A stretch of 64,000 nt of DNA from Vulcanimicrobiota bacterium (GCA_963812155.1 CAWETW010000002.1:320001-384000); one strand, 5' to 3'. Shown: positions 10,545 through 21,073, numbered from the stretch's first letter. A program made the numbers and translations. Notes: generated by a model from the letters alone, not told the origin.

Positions 10545-11494
10545 GCGTCGATGAAGACCCCGACCAAATGCACTTCGAGTTGCAACTCGACCCCGAACCG
10601 TTCGTACACGGCGGAGCGCACGCGCGCGAGCAGCGTCGCGACGTCTTTGGCGCTCGCGCCGCCGACGTTGTTGATGAAGTTCGCGTGCAGCGTCGAGACT
10701 TCCGCGCCGCCTTCGCGCCACCCCTTGGCGCCGGCGGCTTCGATGAGCCGGGCCGCCTTGTCGCCCTCGGGGTTACGAAAGCACGAGCCGGCGTTGGGCA
10801 GGGCGATCGGCTGCGTGTCCTTGCGCCGGACGAGGCGCGCCTGCATCTCCTCGCGGACGGCGCTTGGGTCGTGCCGCGCGAACGCCAGCGTCACGCGCGA
10901 AACGATCGCGTCGCGCGCGAGCGTCGAATGGCGGTAGAAATACTGCAGCGTCACCGGGTGCGCCTCCGGCTTCGCGGGCGACTGCACCCACACGTCGCGA
11001 ACGAAATCGCCGATCTCGCGGTCGGTGCCGGCGTTCATACGCAGCGAGCCGCCGACCGTTCCCGGGATTCCCGAGAGCGAACCGATGCCCGCGGCGCCGG
11101 CGGTCGCGGCCTTTGCCGTCACGGCCGCCATGTTCGCCGACGCGCCCGCCTCGACAACGACCGCGCCGTTTTCGACGCCGACCTCGATTCCGGCAAAATC
11201 GCCGCCGAGACGAATCGCGACGCCGCGCAGGCCGCCGTCGCCGATCAGCATGTTGCTGCCGCTGCCGATCGCCATCCACGGTATCTTGCGTTTGAAGCAC
11301 CAGCGCATCAACGCCTCGAGTTCACCCTCACGGTGTGCGACCACGAACGCGTCGGCCGGACCGCCGATTTTCCAGGAGGTGTGTGGCGCGAGCGGCTCGT
11401 CGAAGGCGGCCCGGCCGGCGAAAATCTCGACCAGCGCCGCGCGATCGCGATCGGTCAGCAGGGAACGCGTCGCTTGTTCGGTGGTCAGACTCAC
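10541..11494 (-). CDS. murB: UDP-N-acetylenolpyruvoylglucosamine reductase
   Basis: HTSWKIGGPAD, GSGSNMLI, GIPGTVGGSLRMNAG, NAGSCFRNP, HANFINN and LQLEV. Confidence 0.96.
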   Translation of the reverse strand: MSLTTEQATRSLLTDRDRAALVEIFAGRAAFDEPLAPHTSWKIGGPADAFVVAHREGELEALMRWCFKRKIPWMAIGSGSNMLIGDGGLRGVAIRLGGDFAGIEVGVENGAVVVEAGASANMAAVTAKAATAGAAGIGSLSGIPGTVGGSLRMNAGTDREIGDFVRDVWVQSPAKPEAHPVTLQYFYRHSTLARDAIVSRVTLAFARHDPSAVREEMQARLVRRKDTQPIALPNAGSCFRNPEGDKAARLIEAAGAKGWREGGAEVSTLHANFINNVGGASAKDVATLLARVRSAVYERFGVELQLEVHLVGVFIDA

Positions 11495-12868
11495 GCCCGC
11501 ACCGTATCGGAGCGCGCGAGGCGCTCCGCAAGCCGCGCCGCGACGTCGGTCACGTTCCCGGCGCCCAAGAACAGGACGAGCGCGCCCGGCGGCGTTTCCT
11601 CAAAAATCCGTTCCTCCAAATCGTCGACCTGCGTAACGTAGCGCACCTCCGAACCGGCGGCCTCCAGTGGTTCGCCGATCGAGCGTTCGCTGACGCCGGG
11701 AATCGCCGGTTCGGAAGCCGCGTACACCGGCGTGAGATAGACGCGGTCCGCGCCGTGGAGCGCGTCTGCGAAATCGCGCGCGAGAAAAGCGGTGCGCGTG
11801 TAGCGGTGCGGCTGAAAGGCGACGATCAGCGGACCCGAATGAAAGTCGCGCGCCGCCGCGATCGTCGCGCGCACGGCCGTCGGATGGTGCGCGTAATCGT
11901 CCACGACCGTCATGCGCTCGCCCGACACCAGCACGTCGAAGCGGCGCCGCACGCCGCGAAAGCCGTGCAGCGCAGCCGCAATGGCATCGAACGGAAGGTC
12001 GAGTTCGAGCCCGACCGCGACGGCGGCAAGCGCGTTCAGCACGTTGATTTCGCCCGGAACGCGCAAACGAACGTGCCTAGCGTCGCGTCGCGCGCAATCG
12101 CGTCGAAACTCGCGTGTCCGCCTTCGTAACGAACGTTCGCGGCTCGCACGTCCGACGGCGCGACGCCGAACGTGACGGTTCGCGCACGCAACGCATGTTC
12201 GCTCAGCGACGCGCTGCGCGCGTTGTCGATTCCCAGGATCGCCGCGCCTCCGGACGGCAACCGCTCGAGGAATTCCTCGAACGCGCGTACGAGGTGCGGA
12301 AGGTCGTCGTCGCTGGCGAGATGGTCGTTTTCGACGTTCGTGACGACCGCGATCGACGGCTCGAGCAGTGCGAACGAACCGTCGGACTCGTCGGCTTCGG
12401 TCACGAACCACGGCGACGTTCCGTCGTGGGCGTTTGCATCGAGCGTGCGGTCGATGCCGCCCAAGACCAAGCTTGCGTCGATGCCTCCGGCGCGCAAAAC
12501 GGCGTGCGTCATCGCGGTCGTCGTCGTCTTTCCGTGCGTGCCGCAGATCGCAATGCCTCGCCTTCCCGCAATGAGTTGCGCGAGCATCTCGCCGCGGTGG
12601 AGCACCGTCGTGCCGTTTCGGCGCGCGGCGACGCACTCGGGGTTACTGCGATCGATTGCCGAACTGACGACGACCGCGCGTGCACCGCGCACGTTTTCGC
12701 CGCGATGGCCGATCGTCACCGACGCGCCTTCGCGGCGCAGCTCTTCGACCAGCGGCGTTGCCTTCACGTCGGATCCGGTCACGCTTCGCCGCGCGCCAGC
12801 AGGATGCGCGCGATAGCGCTCATGCCGATGCCGCCGATGCCGACGAAGTGGACGGGCTGCTTGGTCAC
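11491..12868 (-). CDS. murC: UDP-N-acetylmuramate--L-alanine ligase, two apparent frameshifts (about 12785 and 12070)
   Basis: HFVGIGGIGMSAIA, then (next frame) GTHGKTTTT and EADESDGSF, then (next frame) GVRRRF, DDYAHHPT and FQPHRYTRT. Confidence 0.93.
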
Positions 12869-13986
12869 CGCTCGTCTTTTCTCGCCGCAAGCCAATCGAC
12901 CCGGGCGAGAATGGTCGCAAGCGGATCTCCGGTTTGCAGGCGGCCCGCCGCGGCGCGCAACGCGCCGAGCGCCGGCTCCTCCGACGCGCGCGCAAACGCG
13001 TGTAGCGCGCCCGCGGGAAGGTCGCCGTCTGCGACGACCACGGCCGCGCCGCTTTCGGCGAAGCGCTGGGCGTTGGTCGTCTGATGATCGTCGGCTGCAA
13101 ACGGATACGGTACGAGAATGGCCGGCTTTCCGACGGCCGTAAGTTCGGCGAGCGTCGAAGCGCCGGCTCTGGCGAGCACGAGGTCGGCTGCGGCGTACGC
13201 CGCGGCCGGATCCTCCAGATATTTCACCACCGCCGCACGGCCGGCGGGCATCGCGGTCACGACGCGTTCGAAATCGTTTTCACCCGTAACGAGCAGCAGT
13301 TGCCAGCCGGGCGCCAACGCGCGCGCGATCGCGATGACGGCGTCGTTGACGCTGCGCGCGCCTTGGCTGCCGCCCATCGCCAGGAGCGTTTTTCGCGCGG
13401 GATCGAGCCCGAGCGATGCGATCGCACCGTCGCGCGACGGCAACGCGCGCAGACTCGCGCGAACGGGAACGCCGGTGCGTACGTACTTGCCGGCGAAACG
13501 CGAGTCCGCGTCGCCGAACGCGCCCCAGACTTCGTCGACGAACGGCGCGAGCATCCGGTTCGTGAGCCCCGGCTTAGCGTTCGGTTCGAGCAGCGCGATG
13601 GCGGCGCGATGCAGTCGCGTCCAGCGCAGCGCGCGCGCCGCGAGCACGGCCGGGAAGCAGACGTATCCTCCAGTGGCGATGACGGCGTCGGGACGATCGC
13701 GCAACAGCAGCGCGAGGCTTTGCAGCGTTCCCACGGCGTTCGCCCACGCCGTTCGGAGGAGATCGAACGAGAGCCGTCGCGTCAGCGCACGAGACGCAAT
13801 CGTGTGCAGGGCGTAACCGGCGCCCGGCACGATGCGTGCTTCGAGCCGGTCGGCGCTGCCGACGAACGCTGCGTGCGCGCCGCGCGCGCGCAGCGCATCG
13901 GCAACCGCAATCGCCGGATAGAGATGTCCGCCCGTGCCTCCGCCGGCAAAGAGGATGCGGCGACCGCCGCCGCCACTAACGTCCAC
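12865..13986 (-). CDS. murG: Lipid II GlcNAc transferase MurG
   Basis: GGGTGGHLYPA, TGGYV, EPNAKPGLTN, GGSQGA, RAGAST and HQTTNA. Confidence 0.97.
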   Translation of the reverse strand: MDVSGGGGRRILFAGGGTGGHLYPAIAVADALRARGAHAAFVGSADRLEARIVPGAGYALHTIASRALTRRLSFDLLRTAWANAVGTLQSLALLLRDRPDAVIATGGYVCFPAVLAARALRWTRLHRAAIALLEPNAKPGLTNRMLAPFVDEVWGAFGDADSRFAGKYVRTGVPVRASLRALPSRDGAIASLGLDPARKTLLAMGGSQGARSVNDAVIAIARALAPGWQLLLVTGENDFERVVTAMPAGRAAVVKYLEDPAAAYAAADLVLARAGASTLAELTAVGKPAILVPYPFAADDHQTTNAQRFAESGAAVVVADGDLPAGALHAFARASEEPALGALRAAAGRLQTGDPLATILARVDWLAARKDER

Positions 13987-15163
13987 TGAGACGGCGGTGG
14001 CGCCCGACGTTGGCGATCAAAGCCACTGCGACGAGGTTGACGATGAGCGAACTGCCCCCAAAGGAGACGAACGGCAGCGGCACGCCGGTCACCGGCCACG
14101 ACGACGTCACGACGCCGATGTTGATGAAGGCTTGGATCGCGATCATCGCGCCGCAACCGATTGCGAGGAAATACCCGAACCGGTCGGGCGCCGCCAACGC
14201 GATTCGCACGGCGCGATAGGCGAATGCCACGAAGAGCGCCACGACGACGAACGCGCCGACCAGTCCGAGCTCCTCGCCCAGAACCGAGAAGATGAAATCG
14301 GTGTACTGTTCGGGCAGATAGAAGAACTTCGCGCGCGACGCGCCCAGCCCCATGCCGAAGAAGCCGCCGCTGCCGAGCGCGAGCAGCGATTGCACGATGT
14401 GGAAGCCGGTGTTCTGCGGATCCTTCCACGGATTCAGAAACGCGAAGACGCGCGCCCTCCGGTAGGGACTCGCAATGACGCTGACGATGGCAAGCGGCGC
14501 CGTGACCGCCAGAATCGCGACGAGATGAAAGACGCGAGCACCGGCGGCGAAGAACATCGTGAAGGCGACGAACACCAGCAGCGACGCCGTTCCCATGTCG
14601 GGTTCTTTGAGGATGAGCACCGCCATCAGCAGCACCGGAACGCACAGCGGAAAGAGTCCGCGCGTCAACGACGTGATGCGATCGCCGCGATTGGAAAGAA
14701 TCGCCGCGAGATAGACGACCAGCGCGAGTTTCGCGAACTCGGACGGCTCGAGACTCAGCGAGGAGAAACCGATCCACCGGCGTCCACCGTTGACGCCGAC
14801 GCCGACGTGCGGCACGAAGACGAGCAGCAGCCCGGCGAGCGCTGCCACGAGCAGATACGGCGCGGCACGCTTGAGGCGCGCAAGATCCATGCGATACACC
14901 GCAAACGCGGCGATCGACCCGACGAGCAGCCATATCAGTTGGCGTTTGAGATAGTACGCGATGTCGCCGTGCTCGGCGTACGCCGTCGCGCTCGATGCCG
15001 AGAAGACCATGACCAGACCGATGCCTACGAGCGTCGCGACGACGGCGAACAGTACCGCGTCGGGCGCAGCCGTAACAAAGGAACGCACCGGCACGCGGTC
15101 GGCGGCATCGCGCCGCAGTGCGGTGCGGCCGCCCTTCGCGGCACGCGCCGACGCGTTAGGCAC
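13976..15163 (-). CDS. ftsW: SEDS family peptidoglycan polymerase FtsW
   Basis: GLVMVFSAS, RRWI, EPSEFAK, EPDMGT, LPEQYTDFIFSVLGEELG and GVPLPFVSFGGSS. Start approximate. Confidence 0.95.
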   Translation of the reverse strand: MPNASARAAKGGRTALRRDAADRVPVRSFVTAAPDAVLFAVVATLVGIGLVMVFSASSATAYAEHGDIAYYLKRQLIWLLVGSIAAFAVYRMDLARLKRAAPYLLVAALAGLLLVFVPHVGVGVNGGRRWIGFSSLSLEPSEFAKLALVVYLAAILSNRGDRITSLTRGLFPLCVPVLLMAVLILKEPDMGTASLLVFVAFTMFFAAGARVFHLVAILAVTAPLAIVSVIASPYRRARVFAFLNPWKDPQNTGFHIVQSLLALGSGGFFGMGLGASRAKFFYLPEQYTDFIFSVLGEELGLVGAFVVVALFVAFAYRAVRIALAAPDRFGYFLAIGCGAMIAIQAFINIGVVTSSWPVTGVPLPFVSFGGSSLIVNLVAVALIANVGRHRRLSGR

Positions 15164-16559
15164 CGGCCGGCTCCGGCAACGCGGCGACCGCCGCGGCAAA
15201 ACGCTCCCCGCGGTCCTCGGCCGACGCGAACATGTCGAACGATGCGCATGCCGGGGAAAGCAGCACGACGTCGCCCGCTACGCTGAGATCGCGCGCGCGC
15301 CGCACCGCTTCGTCCATCGAAGCCGCTCGCACGCCGGTCACGCCGCGGCTCGCGCTCAGAACGTCGCCGGCAGCTTCGCCGATCGCCACGACCGCTTTCG
15401 CGCGGCGGCGAATCGCGGCGCCGAGTTCGCTGAAACCCGTTCCCTTTGCACGACCGCCCGCGATCAGGACGATCGGACGATCGTAACTGTAGAGCGCCGC
15501 AACGCTCGCGTGGGGATTGGTCGATTTGGAGTCGTCGACGAACAGAACGCCGTCGATTTCCGCGACCGGTTGGAGCCGGTGCGGCATCGGCGCAAACGTG
15601 GCGATTGCCGAACGCAATGCGGCCGGTTCGCAGCCCGCTGCCAGCGACGCCAGCAACGCGGCCATCGCGTTACGCACGTTATGATCGCCCGGCAGTGCGA
15701 TCTCTTCGCGCGGAACGATGGCTCGGGGACGCGGATCGCCGGCAACCGGCGCGTACGTCAGCACTCCGCCGCGCAAGAACATTGCCGCGCGCTCTTCCTG
15801 CGCGCCCAGCGTGAACCAGAGTTGGCGCGCCTGCGCGCGAGCGTTACCGCATCCCCAGTGCAGTTGCGCGATGCGCGGGTCGTCGAGATTGCCGACGAAC
15901 CAATCGGTGAGACTCTGATTGGCGAAGATGCGATACTTCGCTTCCGCATATTCGTCCATCGAATGGTAGCGATCGAGATGATCCGGTGCGACGTTGAGGA
16001 GCACCGCGATACGCGGCTTGAACGATCGAATCGTTTCGAGTTGGAACGACGACACCTCGGCGACCACCCAATCGCGCTCGCTCGCGCCGAGGACTTCCTT
16101 GATCAGCGGATTGCCGATGTTGCCGCCGACGCGAACGCCGAAACCACACTCGCGCAGCAAGTGGGCGATGAGCGCGGTCGTCGTCGACTTGCCCTTCGTT
16201 CCGGTCACGGCCACGATCGGCGCGCGGCATAAACGGTAGGCGAGTTCGATTTCGCCGATCACCGGGACGTTGGCCGCGTTGATCGCTCGTACCACCGGCG
16301 ACGTGGGAGGAACGCCCGGCGACAACACCGCCGACGTCAGGCCGCTCGCAATCGTCGCGACGCCGGACGGCGCGACGAAACGCGCGCCCGTTCCCTCGAT
16401 CGAGGCAATCGCGCGAGTCAGCTCCGCCCAAGGCTTCTCATCGGTTGCGCAGACGTCGACGCCGCGCTCGCGCAATACGTCGACGCAGGCAAGGCCGCTG
16501 CGGCCCAGTCCGATGACGAGCACGCGATCTTGCGGACCGAACGCGAACATCTCGTTCAT
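15156..16559 (-). CDS. murD: UDP-N-acetylmuramoyl-L-alanine--D-glutamate ligase
   Basis: GLGRSG, SPGVP, TGTKGKSTT, EVSSFQL, DHLDRY, DDSKSTN and LSPACASFDMF. Confidence 0.97.
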   Translation of the reverse strand: MNEMFAFGPQDRVLVIGLGRSGLACVDVLRERGVDVCATDEKPWAELTRAIASIEGTGARFVAPSGVATIASGLTSAVLSPGVPPTSPVVRAINAANVPVIGEIELAYRLCRAPIVAVTGTKGKSTTTALIAHLLRECGFGVRVGGNIGNPLIKEVLGASERDWVVAEVSSFQLETIRSFKPRIAVLLNVAPDHLDRYHSMDEYAEAKYRIFANQSLTDWFVGNLDDPRIAQLHWGCGNARAQARQLWFTLGAQEERAAMFLRGGVLTYAPVAGDPRPRAIVPREEIALPGDHNVRNAMAALLASLAAGCEPAALRSAIATFAPMPHRLQPVAEIDGVLFVDDSKSTNPHASVAALYSYDRPIVLIAGGRAKGTGFSELGAAIRRRAKAVVAIGEAAGDVLSASRGVTGVRAASMDEAVRRARDLSVAGDVVLLSPACASFDMFASAEDRGERFAAAVAALPEPAGA

Positions 16560-17530
16560 CGCACCACCGCCAGCCCTACGAGCGAACACACGAGCGAACC
16601 GAGCCAAAAACGCGCCGTGACTTTCGTCTCGGGCCAGCCGCTCAACTCGAAGTGATGGTGCAGCGGACTCATCTTGAAGACGCGCCGGCCGTTGGTGAGC
16701 TTGAAATACGCGACCTGCACGATGACGGACAGCGTTTCGGCGACGAACACGCCGCCGACGAGCAAGAGCAGCAGCATTTCGCCGCTGAGGATGGCGATGC
16801 CCGAGAGCAGCGCGCCCAGTGCGAGCGACCCCGTATCGCCCATGAAGAGTTTGGCCGGATGCCGGTTATAGAAAAGGAAGCCCGCGCAGGCGCCCGCGCC
16901 CGTCGCCGCGGCGATCGCCGCTGCCGGCACGAGTGCCTGCGCCGCGATCGGGACGAAGACCGCCAGCGGCGGCAAGATCGTGCCTGCCGCCAGGCCGTCG
17001 AGTCCGTCGGTCAGATTCACGGCGTGAATCGTTCCGGTAATGGCCGCGATGCCGAGCAACAGCCAGAGCCAGTGCGGCGCGACGAGCGAGTACGAGCCGG
17101 CGTGAAAGAGCACGTCGCGCGGAAAGAAGCTCAACGACGCGTCGATCGCGCGCAGGAAGATTACGGCGACCAGTGCGGTGGCGAGAAACTTCGTGCGGGC
17201 TCGCAATCCGCGGTTGCGCCCCGACCGAATTCCCAGAACGTCGTCGATCGCTCCGACGGCGGCGCAGAGCAGCACCAGCACTCCAAGCGTCTGCACGAGC
17301 GGCAGGCGCGCCGTCAGCATCATTGCGGCGAATGCCGCGACGAAGACGAGGCCGCCCATCGTCGGCGTTCCGGTCTTGCGCTGATGGGTTTCGGGCGCGT
17401 CTTCGTAGGCGTGCTGGAAGACCTCGAGCCGGCGCAGGAGCGGCAGGAGCAGCGCTCCGGCAACGAGTGCGACGACCGCACCGAACACGATCCAGAACGG
17501 CGTTTGCGCAAAAATGACGCGCGCGTTCAC
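16556..17530 (-). CDS. mraY: Phospho-N-acetylmuramoyl-pentapeptide transferase
   Basis: KTGTPTMGG, NLTDGLDGLA, FMGDTGSLALG and MSPLHHHFE. GTG start at 17530 overlaps the upstream stop. Confidence 0.96.
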   Translation of the reverse strand: MNARVIFAQTPFWIVFGAVVALVAGALLLPLLRRLEVFQHAYEDAPETHQRKTGTPTMGGLVFVAAFAAMMLTARLPLVQTLGVLVLLCAAVGAIDDVLGIRSGRNRGLRARTKFLATALVAVIFLRAIDASLSFFPRDVLFHAGSYSLVAPHWLWLLLGIAAITGTIHAVNLTDGLDGLAAGTILPPLAVFVPIAAQALVPAAAIAAATGAGACAGFLFYNRHPAKLFMGDTGSLALGALLSGIAILSGEMLLLLLVGGVFVAETLSVIVQVAYFKLTNGRRVFKMSPLHHHFELSGWPETKVTARFWLGSLVCSLVGLAVVR

Positions 17531-18243
17531 GATGCGGCGCTTTCGAAGAGCGGATTCGGTCCGCGACCACGCCATTTCAGCACGACCAGGGGCGTCTGCT
17601 CGTCGCCGTTGCCGTGCGGATTGTCGAGCAACGCCCGTTCGACCAGCGCGGCGTCCACGCCGGCCGACGCGCCGAGAACCTTTGCTTTTTCGAGATCGTT
17701 GACGTCGACGACCGCGCAGCCGGAACCGGTCCGTTCGAACGCTGACTGCGCGAACGCGGCCGGCTCACGCGGCGCAAAGACGATTGCGCGTTCGTAGGGC
17801 GGCATCGTTCCGGTATACCCGTCGATCGCAGCCAGCGCTCCGCCCATCACTTCATAAAAAGCGCCGCGGCGGCCGAACGCGCGGCCGAAGACGTGTGCGA
17901 GCGTTGCGTAGAGCACTCTGGCACGTCCGGCTTTGTCGATAACGAGCTGCATCGATTCCGGCTGGCTCACCGTCGCCATGGCGTCGGCCCGGCGGCAGAG
18001 CGCATACGCGAGTGCCGATGGCCGCACGTGCTCGGCGGCGACGAACTCGGACTGCGCGATCGCCAATGCCGTCTCGGAAACGGCGATCACGTCGCCGGGT
18101 CTTGCAATGCCCGCCACTGCCTCCGCGACGATGCGCACCAGATCGTCGCCCGGGTTCACGAGCGCCGTGCGCACCGGTATGGCGACGATGCCTTCGGGGA
18201 CGCCTTCGCGTGCGACGGCGAGCGGTCGCGTTGCGACGCTCAC
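17527..18243 (-). CDS. Coenzyme F420-0:L-glutamate ligase (CofE)-like protein inside the dcw cluster
   Basis: C-terminal about 238 aa of ORF 17527..18993: IPVRTALVNPGDDL, GDVIAVSETALAIAQ, AIDG...PPY, VVDVNDL and DNPHGNGDEQTPLVVL, matching the CofE-like family seen in non-F420 bacteria. GTG start overlaps the murF stop. Confidence 0.75.
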   Translation of the reverse strand: MSVATRPLAVAREGVPEGIVAIPVRTALVNPGDDLVRIVAEAVAGIARPGDVIAVSETALAIAQSEFVAAEHVRPSALAYALCRRADAMATVSQPESMQLVIDKAGRARVLYATLAHVFGRAFGRRGAFYEVMGGALAAIDGYTGTMPPYERAIVFAPREPAAFAQSAFERTGSGCAVVDVNDLEKAKVLGASAGVDAALVERALLDNPHGNGDEQTPLVVLKWRGRGPNPLFESAAS

Positions 18244-19616
18244 GAGCGCAACTCCGTCAGCACTTCCTCCAGCCGATACTTTCGGGCGCCCTTCAGCAGC
18301 ACGACGTCGCCGCTGCGGACGTTGTCGCGCAGCCAGCGCGCGGCGTCGTGGTTGGACGAAACGCGCACCACGTCGCTGCAGCCTTCGCGCCGAGCGGCGC
18401 GCGCCAGCACCTCGGCATACTCGCCGCCGACGAGCAGCACGCCCGCGCGGCCGGCGGCATGCGCGCCGACGCGCTCGTGCAGCGGCACCGCCTCCGTACC
18501 GAGCTCCGCCATGCTGGCAAGCACGGCGATCGTACGCGACGCCTCTTCGTTCGCCAGCGCGTCCAGGGCCGCGACCATGCCGCCCGGGCTCGCGTTGTAC
18601 GCGTCGTAAATCATTCGCCATCCGCCCGGCATCTCGATCGACTCGTAGCGGCCGGGCGGCAAACGCAGCGCCGGAATCACGTCGCTCATCGCTGCGAGGT
18701 CGGCACCCAGTTCCACCGCTCCGGCCAGTGCCGCTGCGAGATTGGCGGCGTTGTGCGCTCCGGGGAACGCGATGCGAACGTGCCGGTCGAATATGCGGCG
18801 TCCGCCGGCGACGTCGATGAGGTGCGAACGCGCGAGCAGCGCGGTGACGCGCCCGAATCCGCCGGCGTCCGCGCCGGGATCGTCGTCGGCAAGAAACCAG
18901 TGCGGCGAGGCCGGCAACGTCTCGGCCCGAGCGAGCGAAACGGCGTCGCGCGCATTGAGCACCGCCTGCGCGCCGGCGCCGAAGAGCGCCCATTTCATCT
19001 CCGCGATGCGCTCGCGAGACCCGGCAATCTCGAGGTGCGCGTCGCCGACGTTGGTGAGGATCCCGACGTGCGGTCGGGCGATCGCCACGAGTTCGGCGAC
19101 GTCGCCATAACGGCGCGCACCCATTTCGACGACGATCGCGTCGTGCGCTTCGTTGGAGGCGCCCAGCAGCAGTCTGCTTACGCCGATTTCGTTGTTCTCG
19201 TTGGCCGGCGCCACGGCAATTCGTTCGCCGTAATGCGCCGTCAACAACTGCGCGGCGAAGACTTTGCAGGTCGTCTTGCCGGCGCTCCCCGTGATCGCGA
19301 GGATGCGTCCTTCGAATCGTTCGCGGGCCAGCGCGGCCAGCGCCATGTAGGCGCGCAGCGTATCCTCGACGACCATCGTAGCGACGCCGTCGCAGCGCGC
19401 ATCGGCGCGATCGACGACGATCATGTGGGCACCGCGCGCAACGGCGTCTGCGACGAAGTCGTGTCCGTCGAAACGCTCGCCGTGCAGCGCCAGGAACGTG
19501 TCGCCCGCATCGGTGCTGCGCGTGTCGGTCGAGACGCGTACCCGCGCCGGCGCGAACTGCGGATCGAGCAGGGTCGCCGACGTTGCCGCGACCGCGTCGT
19601 CGAGCGGCAGGTTCAT
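18240..19616 (-). CDS. murF: UDP-N-acetylmuramoyl-tripeptide--D-alanyl-D-alanine ligase
   Basis: STDTR, GERFDGHDF, ITGSAGKTTCK, NNEIG, VEMG, DAYNASP, MAELG and LLKGAR. Confidence 0.96.
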   Translation of the reverse strand: MNLPLDDAVAATSATLLDPQFAPARVRVSTDTRSTDAGDTFLALHGERFDGHDFVADAVARGAHMIVVDRADARCDGVATMVVEDTLRAYMALAALARERFEGRILAITGSAGKTTCKVFAAQLLTAHYGERIAVAPANENNEIGVSRLLLGASNEAHDAIVVEMGARRYGDVAELVAIARPHVGILTNVGDAHLEIAGSRERIAEMKWALFGAGAQAVLNARDAVSLARAETLPASPHWFLADDDPGADAGGFGRVTALLARSHLIDVAGGRRIFDRHVRIAFPGAHNAANLAAALAGAVELGADLAAMSDVIPALRLPPGRYESIEMPGGWRMIYDAYNASPGGMVAALDALANEEASRTIAVLASMAELGTEAVPLHERVGAHAAGRAGVLLVGGEYAEVLARAARREGCSDVVRVSSNHDAARWLRDNVRSGDVVLLKGARKYRLEEVLTELRS

Positions 19617-21073
19617 CGCAGCACTCCGCGCATGCGCAGCGCGCGCCGCGCCGTTTCGGCGTCGTCGAATTCGAACACGTCGTTGCCGACGATTTGATGC
19701 GTCTCGTGGCCCTTCCCTGCGATCAGCACGACGTCGCCCGGCTCCGCTTCGAGAACGGCGCGTTCGATGGCTCGCGCGCGATCGAGTTCGACGACGTGTG
19801 GATGCGTCCCGATGCCCGCCACGATCTCATCGGCAATCACTTGGGGATCTTCGGTGCGAGGGTTGTCGTTCGTCACGTACAGCCGGCCGGCCAAGCGTGC
19901 GGCCGTCGCTCCCATCTCGCGCCGCTTCCCGCGGTCGCGATTTCCACCGCAACCGAACACGACCGATAGCGAACCGCCGGTCGTCTCGCGCAGTGCCGAG
20001 AGCGCCTGATGCAGCGCATCGGGCGTATGCGCGTAGTCGACGACCACGTCAACGCCGTCTTGGCACAACCGCTGCATGCGTCCGGGAACGCGTTCGAGCT
20101 GCAGCAGCCCGCGCGCGCTGTCGGCGTCGCGGGCGCCGAGCGCGCGCGCCGCACCGATGGCGGCCAGCGCGTTGGAGACGTTGAAGCGCCCGGGAAAGCG
20201 CACGACGAAGCGCGTGCCGTCGAGCGAAAAGGCAACCGCTTCCGGCGAGGCTTCGACGCCGGTCGCGACGAGCTCGGCGCCCTCGCGTTCGCCGTACGTG
20301 GTGACGCGCACTCCGGCCGCCGCGAGTTCGCGCGCCCACTGCGCGCCGAGAGGGTCGCCGGCATTGAGCACCGCTTCCGCCGATATGTCGAAGAGGCGCC
20401 GCTTCGCTGCCGCGTACGCCTCGCGCGTTTGATGAAAGTCGAGATGGTCGCGGGTCACGTTGGTGAGCACGCCGACGCGAAAGCGCACGTCGTCTACGCG
20501 GCCGAGCGCCAGCGCGTGGGAACTGACCTCCATCGCGACCGCACGCGCGCCGTCGTCGCGCATTCCCGCGAGCAGTGCGTGCAGTTCGGGAGGCAACGGC
20601 GTCGTATGGGCCAGCGCCCGATCCTGCGCGCCGAACGAAGCGCCGACCGTGCCGATCGTTCCGGACGGTATTCCGGCTTCTTCAAGAATCCCGCGAAGCA
20701 TGTGCACGGTCGTCGTCTTACCGTTGGTTCCGGTAACGCCCACGACGTCGAGGGCATGCGACGGATCCCCGTAAAACGCCGCGGCGAGCGTTGAAAGCGC
20801 GCGTCGCGTGTCGCTCACCGCGATCGCCACCGTTTCGGAAGCCACGGGCACCGCGGCGTCGACGACCACCGCGGCCGCACCCGCCGCAACCGCTTGTGCG
20901 ACGAACGCGTGGCCGTCGGAGTGCTCGCCGCGCAACGCGACGAAGAGTGCGCCCGGTACGATTCGGCGCGAGTCGCTTTCGATCGCACAAACTGCACGCG
21001 ATGCGTCGCCGCGCACGACGGTTTCAGGCGGAAGTCGCGCGATCAGCGCACGCAGATCGACGGTTTCAGCCAT
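19613..21073 (-). CDS. murE: UDP-N-acetylmuramoyl-L-alanyl-D-glutamate--2,6-diaminopimelate ligase
   Basis: TGTNGKTT, MEVSSH, DHLDFH, DYAHTPD and AGKGHE. The DNPR motif indicates meso-DAP specificity. Confidence 0.97.
   Translation of the reverse strand: MAETVDLRALIARLPPETVVRGDASRAVCAIESDSRRIVPGALFVALRGEHSDGHAFVAQAVAAGAAAVVVDAAVPVASETVAIAVSDTRRALSTLAAAFYGDPSHALDVVGVTGTNGKTTTVHMLRGILEEAGIPSGTIGTVGASFGAQDRALAHTTPLPPELHALLAGMRDDGARAVAMEVSSHALALGRVDDVRFRVGVLTNVTRDHLDFHQTREAYAAAKRRLFDISAEAVLNAGDPLGAQWARELAAAGVRVTTYGEREGAELVATGVEASPEAVAFSLDGTRFVVRFPGRFNVSNALAAIGAARALGARDADSARGLLQLERVPGRMQRLCQDGVDVVVDYAHTPDALHQALSALRETTGGSLSVVFGCGGNRDRGKRREMGATAARLAGRLYVTNDNPRTEDPQVIADEIVAGIGTHPHVVELDRARAIERAVLEAEPGDVVLIAGKGHETHQIVGNDVFEFDDAETARRALRMRGVLR

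Noticed and set aside
11491..12868. murC, rpsA and polA as pseudogenes or programmed frameshifts
   Set aside because: These are conserved, largely essential genes with intact motifs and no slippery-site pattern that I could see. Sequencing error is far more likely.
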